DNA of 64,000 bases. Origin: Guillardia theta CCMP2712 (Eukaryota; Protista; Cryptophyta). How positions within the stretch are numbered: position 1 is the first letter of the stretch; every line of letters starts with the position of its first letter. Positions 34,240 through 49,622 of this stretch are shown here, piece by piece. The stretch lies in contig NW_005434645.1 of the NCBI RefSeq assembly GCF_000315625.1, forward strand, positions 656,451 through 720,450, given 5' to 3'. Position numbers and translations under genes: made by a program. The notes under the pieces are model-generated. The model was not told the DNA's origin, made no database searches, and was given only the letters and a program-made list of their open reading frames with translations.

Positions 34240-35800
34240 TCCTCTCTTGCCTCCCACCCCTCCAGTATCACCTGCTTCATCGCCATCCCGCCACCCCCGG
34301 TCATAAACAAGTTTGTGTGAGGGAGGACAGTGTTTCCTGGTCGATCATTCTCACTAGGTTCACTTTGCTGTCCTGGCACTGCCAAATCGGGGAGATGCGA
34401 CAACACTGTCATGGGGGGAACACAGGATGCAGAGGGAAAGGAGCAGAGGAGAGGAGACAATGGTGAGGAGGAGAGAAGAGGATACAATGGTGAGGAGGAG
34501 AGAAGAGGATACAATGGTGAGGAGGAGAGGAGAATGGACAAGCCCGAGGAGGAGATCGTCTGGGTGCGACTCTCTGTCTGGTCTCACTGATTGCCAAGTG
34601 GCAGATGCTGCGGTAGGTCGACGGAGCATGAGATGTCGTGGAGGAACGAAATCCATCGTTTGCTCATCGTCGCTCAACCGGCTGCGCGAGGACTGGCAGC
34701 AGCAGTGGCGGTGGCCATGCTGGGTGAGCATGGGATTTGCTTCTAGGATCATAGGCTGACATGGAAGCAAGAGACGAGGAGAGCATCGGAGATCGCCTTC
34801 GGAGATGACAATGATTGGCTCCTCCCCCACTTCCTCCTGGTGCTCCTGCTCCCCAACTTCAGATGACCTCCTCTTTCTTTTATCTCTGTCTCTGTCTCTG
34901 CCTCTGCCTCTGCCTTCTCCAACCCCCTCGCTCTGACATGCCGAAAATGTGCTGAGTCTCCTCCGTCTGGCCCCGCTTCTCCTTCCTTATTGTCCAGTGC
35001 GACGTTGGCTGACATGCGATGGCGACAGCGCAAGATCGAAGTGCAGCAGAGGTGCGGGGGCGAGGAGCTTGACCATCAGGAGGAGGAAGGAGGAGACTCT
35101 CCACGAGCATGCAGCACGAGTGCGAGGCAGCGAGGAGGAGAACAAGGGGGACTGCATGACAGCATGTGACGGGCGATGCTCTCGTCTCCTCCTCTCACTC
35201 AGTTGTCAGAAAGGCGCCAGACCTCGAGTCACCGGCTGCGCATCGTCCTCCTCTTCCTCCTCCGTTGCCGTTGCCTCTTCCACCCTCCAAGCATGCCGCG
35301 TCCTTGGAAAGTTTGTACGCGTCTGCTCTTGAGGTAGAGGAAGGAGAAGCATGCGGTCATGCATGACGATGCTTTGTAGGGGAGGACAGAGGTGATGCGA
35401 CTGCTGATTGAGGATGACGTCGACGTGCAGGGAAGGAACAGGTGCAGCTTGAAGGAGGGAGGGGCTGTCTGTGAGCCTTCCCAGGCAAGGACTGCAAGCT
35501 TTGCACGCTGCTGCGGTGTCTGGACACGCCGAATGCCTCAAGTAGGTCTGAATGGGGAAGCAAGTGCATGGAAGGGGAGGAAGTGAGGGGGGGGAGGGGC
35601 TGGAGCTGAGGAGGGATTTAGAGGGATGAACGACTAAGGAGGGGGATGAGAGATAAGGAACAGCGCTCAATCTCTCATGGTTCAGGTTGCTTCTTGCCAG
35701 CCACGCAAATCCAAATGCGAAAACGAATGATGGCAGGACGGGGCTAGCGCTGTCGGCGATGATGGTGAGCTAGCAAGAGGATGGAGGGGCTAGCTGGGAG
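34240..35800 (-). CDS. Probable multi-exon hypothetical gene; boundaries uncertain
   Basis: Short non-repetitive exon-like blocks, including the hydrophobic VLPSFVFAFGFAWLA, alternate with pyrimidine-rich intron-like blocks bounded by GT/AG. No family recognised. Confidence 0.3.
34446..34535. repeat. 27-bp minisatellite x3 (caatggtgaggaggagagaagaggata)
   Basis: Direct tandem copies. Confidence 0.85.
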
Positions 35801-36453
35801 AGAAGACAGCAGCGGGTTGGATCGATTGAATCACATTGAGCGATGGGAGGGGGAGGAATGGCGGGTGACTGATGATACTGTCATGGCAGGGGCATGTGTC
35901 CTGTCTGGATGTGCTGCTGGTAAGTTTCAACCCGTTGACTTGAAAAATATGAAACGGGGAACAGGAGGAAGGAGCCGACCCGCAGCTCTGCGATGCCATG
36001 GGTTTCACTCCAGTCAACTGTGCAGTCATGAGCGGGTGAAGCTTCTGCTTCTGCTTCTGCTTCTGCTGCTGCTGCTGCTACATACTTGCTCTTGCGTGCA
36101 CTTGCTCTGATTAGCTGTCTTGTGTCTTCTTGATTCGTTCTCCCATCATGTATCAGTCACAGTGTCCCCTCCCTTCTTGTTCACCTCGCTTGCAGGCGAG
36201 TAGAGGCCGTCAGGTTCCTCGCTGCCCGCATGAGTGCGGACAGAAGCGAACAGGAACAGGACAGCGCGAGGAGAAGGGAAGAGGTCGATTGCAAGTTTGC
36301 TGCCCTCATGTAACCCTTTCCTCGTATTCACATCGACCTGATGATTTTTCAGCGATCAGGCGAATCGAGCAAGAACCAAAAGTTAGTAATCGTGCTTCTG
36401 CTCCAGTTCCTGATCCTTTTATCTCCCCCTCAATCAACTACCTACGATGATCT

Positions 36454-38568
<2,115 letters not shown>

Positions 38569-41014
38569 CTTTGGATAAACCAATCCAGGACTGTGCAGAG
38601 GTGCTGTCTCGAGGTGCACTAACAGAGAATTAGTCTGCTCGAGTGCCAGTTCACCCTCGCCACGGCGTACCTGCTGTTGACCAAGCTACACAGGCCACAG
38701 AAATAACAATTTGAAAGAGAAATCCTTGACATAGAAAATCAGGTGTGAAACTGAGAGATGCAAATAGTAGGGGGGGGGGGGGGGGGGGGCGGGGGGGGGA
38801 GGGGGGGCTTTAAAAAAAACAAGCAACAAGCATGATACCTGTGAACGAATTCTTGTTGCTGGGTATGTTGATCTTGTTTTTTAGTATATTTCTTGAGCTA
38901 GCGATTACAGTCTCAGTGACTTGTTAGCTCGTCACAGCAGCTGTCTAGGCTTTCTCCCGATGCCTCCTGATAGTTTAGGGGTAAGATGAGATATCTTGAC
39001 GCTCCCAGGAGACGTGACGGTGAGCCTTCCGTCTTTTGTTTCAGCCGATCAATGCCTTTGAGAAGACTTGCTGATTTGCCTTTTTCCAGCAACCAATCTG
39101 AGCGTTCCTTCTCAACCACCAACACTGCTCTTCTTTCCTCCTGTCTTTGTTCTCTCTTTCTCTTCTCTCCTGTCAGCTCAGTATCATCCACCCCCTTTCC
39201 GATTCCACCATTGTCGCTTAACAACGTTGGTTGTTAACACATATTTCACTTAATTGATTGGTTTTGTGGCTATTTCCTCCAATAGAATACCAGCAGAGGT
39301 CTTATTTTAGGCTACTTTTATGTTATTAACCACTTGAGGAAAACCACCAAATTGCAGCCCTATTCACCCTCACCCCCCCGCTTCACGCACACATTTTTTC
39401 CCCTCCACCGGTACTTCGACAAGACCCCACCCCTGCTTCTTCCTACGACTTCTTGAATAGATCTCACCCCCCACCCTACCACCACCACCACCACCACCAC
39501 CACCACCACCACCACCGCCACATTGTCACATGTACCACCCTTTGTCCGTCTCGTCTATAAAGCTTTCATTTTAGACCCTACCCTACCCCCATTTTTTCCT
39601 TCGACCCCACCCCTGACATGAAAAAAAATAATATAAAACCTAGAGCGAGAGGTAGCAGGGATTCTTCAAATCACTTAAAGATATAATCGATGTTTCCCTC
39701 ACCTCTAGCCCATTCTCTCCTACCCCAAACACGATAACCCCACCCTACTGAAGAAGTTGTTTCGGGGGTTCCCAAGGGGTCAATTGGCCAGTAATCCAGA
39801 AGGCAGCCCCATGGGTGGGTTTTGGATTGTCATTTCACAATTACACTTATAAGTAAGAGGGGCCTCCTCAGAGGCATACCGGGATGACAGAGATGTCAGG
39901 TCACAAAGACAACGCCAACTCTCAAAATTTTCTGTGTTCCAGTTTAGGTTGGCAACTTGATTCAGATTGAAAGGGTCCTTTACCCACGAAATATATTGGC
40001 GAGAGAGGGTAATCGATCGCCAACTGGGTCTTGAGGCGCTACCTGTCGGATACTACTTTACTACGAAAGGGACAAATAAAGTATTTTAAAACGAGTGTAA
40101 TTTCCAAAAAGGAGTATTTTCATTTTCAGTCTGCAGCCGAAATCTGTAAATCGAGATGGCTGACGGAAACGTATGGCTGACCAAACGTGGCAGAAGCACA
40201 AAAACAGCCCTTGGGGGTAGTAGTATCAAAATAGGGGTAGGGGTACATAAGGATGTCCAAGAGATACTCAATTTTGAGATAACCCTGGGGGTGGGGTCAC
40301 CAATTGAAGGGGCCAGGAAGTTTATGGGTAGGGTCAGTATGATGGAAAGGGTGGGGTGATGGTCATCTTGAAATCGGGCCCTCAAAAGTTCCGAACTCTT
40401 TTACGGCAAAAGTTTGACTAGAAAGTTCCTGGGGGACAGCAGTTGGCAGGATTACGTTTGGTTCTCGCTGTCTTTTCTCTTCTCGCCGTTTGGCCTGCAG
40501 TGCGCCGGTCAGGGCGACTCTCCTGATTGTCCTCGTAATGATCTTCAAGTAACTTTGAGTAGCGGCAAGCGCCGCGCTGCCGCGGCCCGGCGCCGTGCCG
40601 TCAGGATGGCAGAGGCGGCGGCCCGGAGGCTCGCCGGCCGGGCTTGGCAGCCGGAGGCTCCGACAGATCATGAGTCGCAGTAAATTGTCTACTGTACAAA
40701 GCGAAGCCGCTGAGCAAGCGGCGCCGTGTCGCCGTTCCCTCGGGAGCCGCTCCCGCGAGTCCGTCCCGGTCGGAGCCTGGGCTCCAGGGGACTCCCGGAT
40801 GAGCAGCTGAAGAAACAATCATTGAATCGCTCCTGAGCTCCGGGAGGCTCGTGGAGCTGCTAAAGAAAAGCTGAAATGGGTGAACGAGGGTGCCTCGGAA
40901 ACTTGGCCGGGAAAGTCGGGCGGGCGGAGCACAGTGAGGCCGGGGATCAGAAGAGAGTCGGAGCATCCTGATGTTGAGGCTTGTAGAGGGTGTTCTGAAA
41001 CTGTAGGGGAAGCG

Positions 41015-42702
41015 TCACCAACAGCGTCGCGGGCAAGAGAGAAAGTAGGGCACCTTTGTGAGGTCGCAGTTGGGGTTGACCTTGCACTGGAGGTAGCGGT
41101 CCGGATATCCCTCCCATGTCCTCTCGCATTGCAATGGCGTCGTGGCACCAACAAGCGCCTGGTCGAGGGTCAGCGGGCAGTGGGCAGCAGGCAGAGGCGA
41201 AGGAGGATACAGTCGTGGTCGGCTTGCAAGTGCCTCCGCTGCTCACGCAAACCGCCTGCTCGATGACGAAGGTAGAACCTCCAATCTACCGCCTCCTCAG
41301 CGTCACAACTTTGGCCTCTCACAACCGCACCCGCGCGACATCTCCTAGGCTGAGCGTCCCGTTCTGGTGGACTGTGCTATTGAGCCCGGTCGAGCAGTAC
41401 TTGCCCTCGTGCGTCCCTCCCACACACACAGGAGGACAATCAAAGCAGAAGGGCTGGCCAGAGAGAGGGTTGTACTTGCCGACTGCAGACAAGGATGAGG
41501 GAGAGCAAAAGGCGCCGCTCGACTTACTGGGGCAGGAGAGGCAGAAGGATGAGGGGTGCACTGAAGTTGGATCCCGAAAATTGTAAGCGCAGCACCCATC
41601 AGGCTGAGACAAGTTATAGACAGACAAAATGGCCAAAGAAGAAAAGAGAGGAGGGGAGGGGGGGGGAGGGGAGAAGTCAAAAGGTGAGGAGAGGTGAAGG
41701 AGGAGACCTGAGAGCCATAGGTCCCATCGGGGCAGGGCACACAAGCGTCCGAGTCTCCTGCATCGAAGTGAGCGAATGTATGAGCAACAGCTACAACAGT
41801 CTGCCTGCTCGGAGCTTGTCCGACCAGTATCCTTTCGCACACTTCATGCACTGATACCCGTATTGGGCGTTTCCACCGTAGCTGAGCAAGCGCCATCAAG
41901 TCATTCCCCTGCCTCCTCGCGGCCATGCAGTCGCAAAGATCACCTGCCTGTCCCACATGCAGTTCCACACCTGCAGAGGAGAGCTCAGCACGGTGAAGGG
42001 GAGGGGCTGAAGGAGCAGGCTGCAGCTCACTGGCCGTTATCCAAGCAAGCGGCCTCGAGTACAACGATGCAGTAGGCGGGATCGTTGGGATCAGTGCTCC
42101 CTGCTCCACACTCATTGACTCCTGAGGGAGAGTTGGAGCCGAGGACCTTGGATAGCGTCAGGCAGGTACAAGGCACTCGAAGATGATCGCACCCTTGACT
42201 TGTCCATTGAGCAGATTCCTTTCTTGACGCTCGTCGGCCTGTCCGACCCGCTCCCATCTTCGACAGTTCAGCCCCTCCTCGATCGAGCTTGTCTACTCAC
42301 CCACGTTGCTCGTCAGATTTCCAGCCTGCGGCTAGAGTGAGGAAGAGGAGAAGGAGACATCGGAAAGCAACCATGAAGGAGCCCTGCACAACGTGATTGG
42401 GGTTGTAGATGGTATAGTTGCTCTGCATGCAGAAGTAGCCGGTGTGGTCACAGCAGTAACTAGTGTCTTGCCCTTGGAAGTACTGGATGCAGAAGACATC
42501 GGTGTTGATTCTCCCGAGCTGCATTTCAGTCCGTCAAGCTCCTTCACAACGTCACATTCTCACCTGCCCGTCTGCTGCGCCCACAGTCTGCTCATCTTCA
42601 TCGTCAGAGACTTAACAACTCAACATGTCAACTCACACTGCATTGCCATTGTGTGGCACCGGCAGATGACAAGAGTACGAGCAAGCCGACAAGGCTCTTC
42701 AT
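41015..42702 (-). CDS. Secreted cysteine-rich protein; multi-exon
   Basis: Signal peptide MKSLVGLLVLLSSAGA. Cys-rich exons CVPCPDGTYG and CVGGTHEGKYC; last exon ends ...FLSCPRRCW*. Confidence 0.65.
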
Positions 42703-43223
42703 GTAGTTGTCGACAGACTGCAAACGTCATCATGCATGAACCACACTACATCTCCCTCCCATGCTCCCTTCCTGCTCTCACTGGATCTCGCTGGCTCCTC
42801 CTCCTACACCACCTCTCCTTCTCTCTCCTTCCCTGCTCCCCTCCATCTCCCCCGCCATGCCCCTGGGCCCCCGCCGCCTCACGACGGCATGAATGAAAAC
42901 ATAACTCAACATTTTGTAGCTGCAGCAAACCCCATTCCTCCTTGCATCCTCCTCGCTCCGCCCCCTGCCCCATCCGACACTTTCCACCTCCTCGCTCCTC
43001 TCCCGCTAACCCCATGATCTCTCCACCTCCTCGCTCCTCTCCCGCTATCCCCATGATCTCTCCGCCTCCTCCCTCTCTTCCTTCCCACCTCTTGTTCTTC
43101 TTCCGGCCTCTCCGCCCCTGCATTTTTGTATCGGCTCCCTACTCCTTCGGTGTTCCTTCCTTCATCCTCCTTCCCTTGTTGTGGGGTCTGTCGCTGCTGC
43201 TGCTCTCTTCGCTCGCCTCTGAC

Positions 43224-44041
43224 ATGGGCTGCCACAAGGTCTTCGGGATCAACATGGGCGACAACAATCAGGGCAACGCCATAACGCGCGAGGTTGAGGC
43301 GTTTTCTTCCATGTGCCTCCTCTTCCTCCTCCCCCCCTCCCGTCTACGTGTCTACAACCTCATGCCAGCTCAGGTGATCACTGCAGAGCCGGAAGCGACA
43401 TGGTGGAACTTCAGGCATGCGCCCTGTTTCCGCGAGACCATGATGTACAGCGTCTCCATCGCGACCTTCTTCGGACTGATGGACGCGCGCAAGCGAAGTG
43501 CGTCTGCTTACATCCTCTGCCAGTGACACAGCAGCAACCTCCTCCTCTCCTGCTAGGATCATCTTCACAATACATTTAGTCCTTTCTGTCTGCACATAGG
43601 CCATGACCTCCCGTTGCTTTCTTTGGAGAAACTGCTGCTGCTCCTTCTTGCCCTCAATTCATTCGATTGCTCCCATTCCATGTTAACGGACTGATTGCAT
43701 GCTCAGAATCAGCGATCGATATCGGAAACAAGACAGTTGCTGTCTTTGTTGTCACAGCGCTAGGAACTTGGTTCTCTTCTGCTGCCTCCTCACCCTGCGC
43801 TGTCTTGCCCTGCCTGCTCCTTGCTGCTGCTTGTTGCGATGCGTGTCGTCGCGGGCTGACGGGGAGGCTGCAGGGGGCTTTGCCGGTGGCAGGTGAGGCA
43901 GAGGACGGAGATGATCAGGGAGCAAATGCGCTTCTACCAGAACCAGAAGGTGATGTTGCTTCGCTTCCACCCCCCCTCACAGGCGCTCAGAAAATGGAGA
44001 CGCTTGGCCCACAGAACTCCGAGAAGACTGAGGGAGCATGA
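43224..44041 (+). CDS. COX20: Cytochrome c oxidase assembly protein COX20; multi-exon
   Basis: APCFRETMMYSVSIATFFGL...AVFVVTALGTW|GLCRWQ: PCxR motif, two TMs and a WxxCR motif. Confidence 0.75.
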
Positions 44042-44226
44042 GACAGCAGCAGGACGAAGCATGTGAGAGGCGAGAGAATGAAAAGAGGGAGGGACGAAGG
44101 GGAATAGACGTTTGCTCAGCATTGGAAAAATATTGACCTAGAATACCTTATACATTGTTCAAACATTTCACTTCTTACCATTCACTACATGACAGACATG
44201 ACTTACAAACATAACTTTTGCAATCG

Positions 44227-47200
44227 TCACTTTCTCTTTCCGCATGAGTCATCGTCTTCGTTGCTTGCTGCCATAGCCAGGGGACGGAATCTACGTTCAG
44301 GATGTGCAGAGGCAGTGGCAGCGGCATCACTCGTCTCTTCCTCCTCGATGTACACATTGTCTGCATTGACGGCGAGCAGTGGAGGAGCCGTCGGGATCGG
44401 CATGGTGATGATCCCGTGGGTTGTTGCGAGGTTGTAGCTCTGCATCTCTGCGGAAGGGAACAGTCAGACATCAAGACGAGAGGAAGCAGCAAGAGCGAGC
44501 GAGATCAGACGAGAGAAGCGGAACATTGAGGGATGAGAGAGCAGGGAGTGAGGCAAAGGCAGTGAGGTAAAGAAACAGAGAGAAGGGATGAGAAGCGAAG
44601 GAAGAAACGCAGTTAAGAGCTATGGGAAGTACTCACCAACATCGCCTGGTTGGCTTCTCGCCTGAGTGAAGTATCAGAACCTGTTTTAGAAAGTTTCGTA
44701 TTTACCGAATGAACGACGTTATCAGCCAACTCAGCCGCTCGCTTTCTTCTCCTGCCCATCCTTGTCAGGCTAAGGGGGAAGAATAGGATGCCTGAGACAT
44801 GTGGACGACGACGGCAAGGACAGCGAGAGACAGGAAGGCTACTCCACACCCTATAGCGATCCAGGCGGTGTAGGGGAAAGTCTGCTGCAAGGTGAGTGCA
44901 GTGAGACGGGAAGAGGTGCCAGCATAGCAAGAGAGGAAGGAGAGTGATTATCAACCGCAGAGGTAGCAGGAGGAGTCGTTGACGCCGTTGACGAAGCTGG
45001 AGCCGAAGATTCGATGTAGGGAGCTTGGACGATGATAGCCCTTGGAAGCCCCTGTTGATGTTCACGTCATGATAGACGAAACCATAGGGTTCAAGTTGCC
45101 TGCTTCTGGAGGTTGTCGTTGAGCTTGCTCATGGTGATCTTCGATACAACTTGGTTGGCAGTAGACACAGTCGGCAAGGTGATTGACGTCATGATAACGA
45201 CGTTGCTCGACGAGGTTGACAGCCTTCTGCTTACGGGAGAAGATGCGGACTGAGTCTCTGTCACCTTGACAATCCTGCGAGGGGAGTGACAAGAGGCAAG
45301 AGGGAAGTCGCTCGTCACCGAACGTCTCGCTGCGGGACACCAGCAGTGTTAGCGACAGCAGCGAGGAACAACGACTGTTTTTGCTGAAAGTCTGCCAAGG
45401 ATAAGGGCATCTGAGCCTGGAAGGTGACTACTGTCTTGGGGGCAGAGGGCGAGGGCTGACAAGCAAGTCAGTCATCATGCACAATCCACTAGCCGCTCTC
45501 ACTGTCGCCGCCGCGGTCGTCGTGGTTATGGTCTCGATGGAGGAGGTGGTGGAGCTTGCGGAGCTCGTGGAGGCCGGGATCTGGTCGCCATGTCCTCCTG
45601 GAGATGTCTCCAGGTACACACTGGCTGCAAACTGGTTGAAAAGAGACGCGTGAATTGCCAGCACCCAAACCCCTTGTGTGCTGAAAGAGAAGCTGGAGCT
45701 TGTGATCTCTGTGTCTCCGCTGACATGCCGCAGCAGCAAGTCGTGATCTGCATACGAAGGCTTTTTGTGGATGGCCAGCATCACTGAAAATCGGGCAGCA
45801 GAGTCTGCGGGGTTGATCACGAGTCGCCAGCTCTGGTTGAAAGAAGACACATTGAAGTACAAAAATGTCGACTCGCCCGGCTCGAGATCCACCCAGTCTG
45901 CATGGGCGGAATCGAGGGGGGTGGTAGAGAGCTCGCAAGCCTCCCCCATGTGGTAGAGGTCGCAATGGCAATAAATTCCCTCGCACTCCCCTGCTCCTTT
46001 GCACCCGCTTGGACACGAAGGAGGAGGACAAGAACCTTTGACCACAAAGTTTCCAGTGACCACCATTGATACTGTCTGAGGATTCACCGGAATGTCCCTC
46101 CCTGACACATAAAGCAGGTAAGTTCCATTCTTGGGCTTCGTCCACACAACCTGGATGGAGTCTCAGCAGTGGACCAACAGTGTTACAACTTCACCTGCTC
46201 ATTGTTGTTTAAACGGTCTCGCACGTTGTACGTTCCGTACAGGCTGTTGTGAAATTGTTTGCCATTTCCATACATTGTCACTCCTTCAGGCCCCACGACG
46301 GTGAGGTCAACGTCATTGATCAACGCTCGGAAGGCGGAAGGATGTGCAGGGGGATCAGTCCATGCGATGGTGACTCGCAGCTCTGAGCTTTCCTTCACAT
46401 CGATACACACAGATATCACCTGGCCTTGTGAAACATTGACACCATCCTGAACCCGGAGGACATATTCAGTGCTGTTGTCCATGCGCAGGACGGAGGAGAG
46501 GTTTATCAAACCATACCCCTGATCCTCCGAGGGCGTCAACCTGCCTGACTCTCTCCCGATGTGGTTGGCGCTGTGAAGGAGCATGGCTCTGATCAAAGCA
46601 GCACAAGGGTTGAAGGGCTGAGGCGCGTGTTGCCAAGAAGTGAGGCCATCGGCAGAAGAGTGACCAGCTGTGAAGAACTCTCTGAGCAGAGCAGCTGCTC
46701 CAGCAACAGCTGGGGCTGCCATGGAGGTTCCGGACATGTCAATCAATGCGTCCAAACCGCAGTAAGTTTGGTTCAGCTCTCCCTTGGAACGAGCGGAGAT
46801 AACTTGCGACCCGGGAGCAAGCAGGTCAGGTTTGAACCGTCCGTCGTAAGTGGGTCCTCGAGAAGAAAAACTAGCGACGTCCATCCTTAACATTGAGATT
46901 GAAGGAAGTTCAATGGCAAGAGAATTTGAGTCTTGATTTAGGATGTTGTTGAGAGCTTTCCCATCGTTGAACGAAATCATTAGGCAAGGAATCTTCGGTT
47001 GAAATTTGTCTGCTGGAGCCATAGAAATCGTTAAATCGCTCCTCGTAGAATCATTGTTGTAGACGATCATGCCTATCGCACTTGTATTCTGCACGAAAGC
47101 ACTCTTCTGAGAGAAGGTGCAGGAGCCTCTGCGAACAAGAACAAATTTATCTGCCAAGCTTTCTGGATTCTCTAGTTGACTGCAGGCATCAGCAGGCTCA

Positions 47201-49009
47201 GCAGCAACCAAATCTCCTTTCACACTATACGTCCGATAGATTGGAGGCCCAAAAAGGGCAGGAGACATATCCATCACATAAGCGTTGCCCTCGTAAAGAA
47301 CCAAAACTTGACCAATTGATTGGGTGAACAACCCACTCTCTGCTAATCCTTGTGATGCCCCGACGGATATAATGTTCTTCGCTACTGCTGGATCCGTCAC
47401 AGTAGCAGGATCTGGCCCGGAATTGCCAGCAGCAAAGGCAACCACGTAATCAGGATTCGAGTGAATAAAATCGTCAGTGTTGAATGCATCCATCGTATAC
47501 TGGTTCACATCCCCTCCCCACGAGTTGCTATGCACTCGAGCTCCTTCCCCGTAGGCTGTAGAGTAGACATAGCGCTCGAGGTCTTGGGGGACACTCAGCG
47601 AGTCAGAAGCCTGAGAGCCACCGCCATCTTGAAACACAAGCTTAGCATCAGGTGCTACTCCATTCTGAATCGTCACAAACTCTGAATTGGGTTGTCCATC
47701 TGCATTTCCAGCAACAATTCCGCACACATGTGTCCCATGACCATCAACAACGTCTCCGACAACTGCATCCTGCATGACTGTATACGAGAAGATCTTACGA
47801 TTGGTGGAACCCTGGAAGCTACATGTTGAGGTTTCACTTTCTACACAGACGTCTACACGATTGTTTGGATCATAGAAGAAGCAATGGCCATAGTCGATAC
47901 CTAGACAAGCAGTATAAGTCATCAAAAAGCATTCGAATTGAGCATGCAGGAAATTACGGGAAAAATGCAGGAAAACTTCAACAAATGTCAGGAGATTCAT
48001 CGGAAATACCTGTGTCTGTTACTGCCACTCGTTGGCCCTTGCCAGATAAACTTGCAATTTGAGATCGAGGAAGACCCAATATCTGCTCTACAACATAGAC
48101 GTTCCTCAATGTCGTATCTCTCTTGGTACGTGGATCAAGCTCGTTCCTCATCACCCTCAGCTTCCGTTCTGAGAAAGGTCCGATCCATTTCACTTCAGCC
48201 AAGGACGAAAGCCAATGGAGGATTACACCAGAATAGTCTTCCATCACTTCAAGCAACACCTGGCCATGAAGTTAGCCAGACGAAGAGGCAATGCTGGGTC
48301 TTACTATTGCTGAAGATGGAGAAAGAGCTCGCAACAGCGCTACACCCTTAAGTGGTCGCATCACGTGAGCCACTCCCTCAATGAACGAGGAGCCTTCCAT
48401 CCTGCTCAGCTGTATCGAGTAGATCTTACATTGAGTACCATCGAATTGGCTACACCCATCAAACGTGTGATCAAACTTATCGTGAGTTGGTGACTTGGGA
48501 GTTGCAGCATCAAGTTGTTCTAAGATCGCGTCGGAGAATTTAATGATCGATGGAATATCCCTCACGCCGACGACACCTTGGATCTTATTCAGTTCCAATA
48601 TCTCCCTTTCACTTGCTTCGACAATGTATGTATCTGTCGGAATGTACCTGTACACTCTACTTCCAAGAAAAGCTTCAACATCCTGCTTTGTTTGAGATCT
48701 GCCATGCTTCGATGTTTGTATTAACACTTGCTTGCGGTGAAATTTCATTTTGTATGAAGCCAAGCCGGATAGTACTGAGATATCATAATGCCGGGGATGT
48801 ATAAGATTTGTTCTCATCTTGGAACGAAAATTCAAATCAAATTTGAGAATACTTTCAAAATCATTTCCTAAGAGAGGATTTAGGAGAACAGGAGGTTGCT
48901 TTTCTAAGGCCAGCAGCGGAATGGCAAGCGAGAGCACCAACAAACAAGCATGGGAGAAGAACGAGTTTCGCGATGTCGAAAAGAGGGAAAAGATTAACCT
49001 TTTGCCCAT
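44227..49009 (-). CDS. Type-I membrane subtilisin-like S8 protease (KP-43/TagC-like) with PA insert, jelly-roll, EGF, Ser/Thr stalk, TM and tail; multi-exon
   Basis: VAVTDTGI (Asp), GHGTHVCG (His), HSNSWG, AAGNSG, FSSRGPTYDGRFKPD, SGTSMAAP (Ser), VRRGSCTF (PA), WTDPP...NDVDL, NNNEQV, CPSGCKGAGEC...CHC (EGF). Confidence 0.93.
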
Positions 49010-49622
49010 GATAAGCAATATTTCCCACGAATTCTTGGCCTTTAGCAGGTCGCTCGATGCATGATGTGTCTAGGCTTAAGATATGTGTTTCTTTGAGACG
49101 ATGTTTCTAATGGATAATGGTATGCGATGGCGTGATGGACATGTCCCCGATCACACTTCTTGTGCCCTCCTGCATTGATACATATAAATTTATATCTCAG
49201 TCAGTGAGCGGCGTGGTAATACGGGCAAAGAGGGGTGGTCTTCCGTACAGCTACCCCCCATACCCCCGAGTCTCTGAACTAGACCACCCTACCCCCTCGG
49301 CTTATCTTGTTGCTGTAGCAAGGGGAAGTTCCGACCCTACGGGACAAGGGGCAACTGATGACTCACTAATACCCTTCTTTCTGGTGACTTCTTTACTCAA
49401 AGTCTACCAAGTCTTTACTCAAAGTTAAGTTAAAAATCAGTACGAGGACAATCAAGAGGAGGCTTGTAGTCTCATGCGGGGCCCGGGGAAGGCCTGCCAG
49501 GCCCGGCCCCGGCCCCGGGCTCGCTGGAATGCGACCAGCCATGCAGCATGCAGAAAGAATCTGGAAGATGAGCAAGTTGCTGGTGAACTGTAGCTGACAG
49601 CTCGAGACATCTCTGTCTTTGA

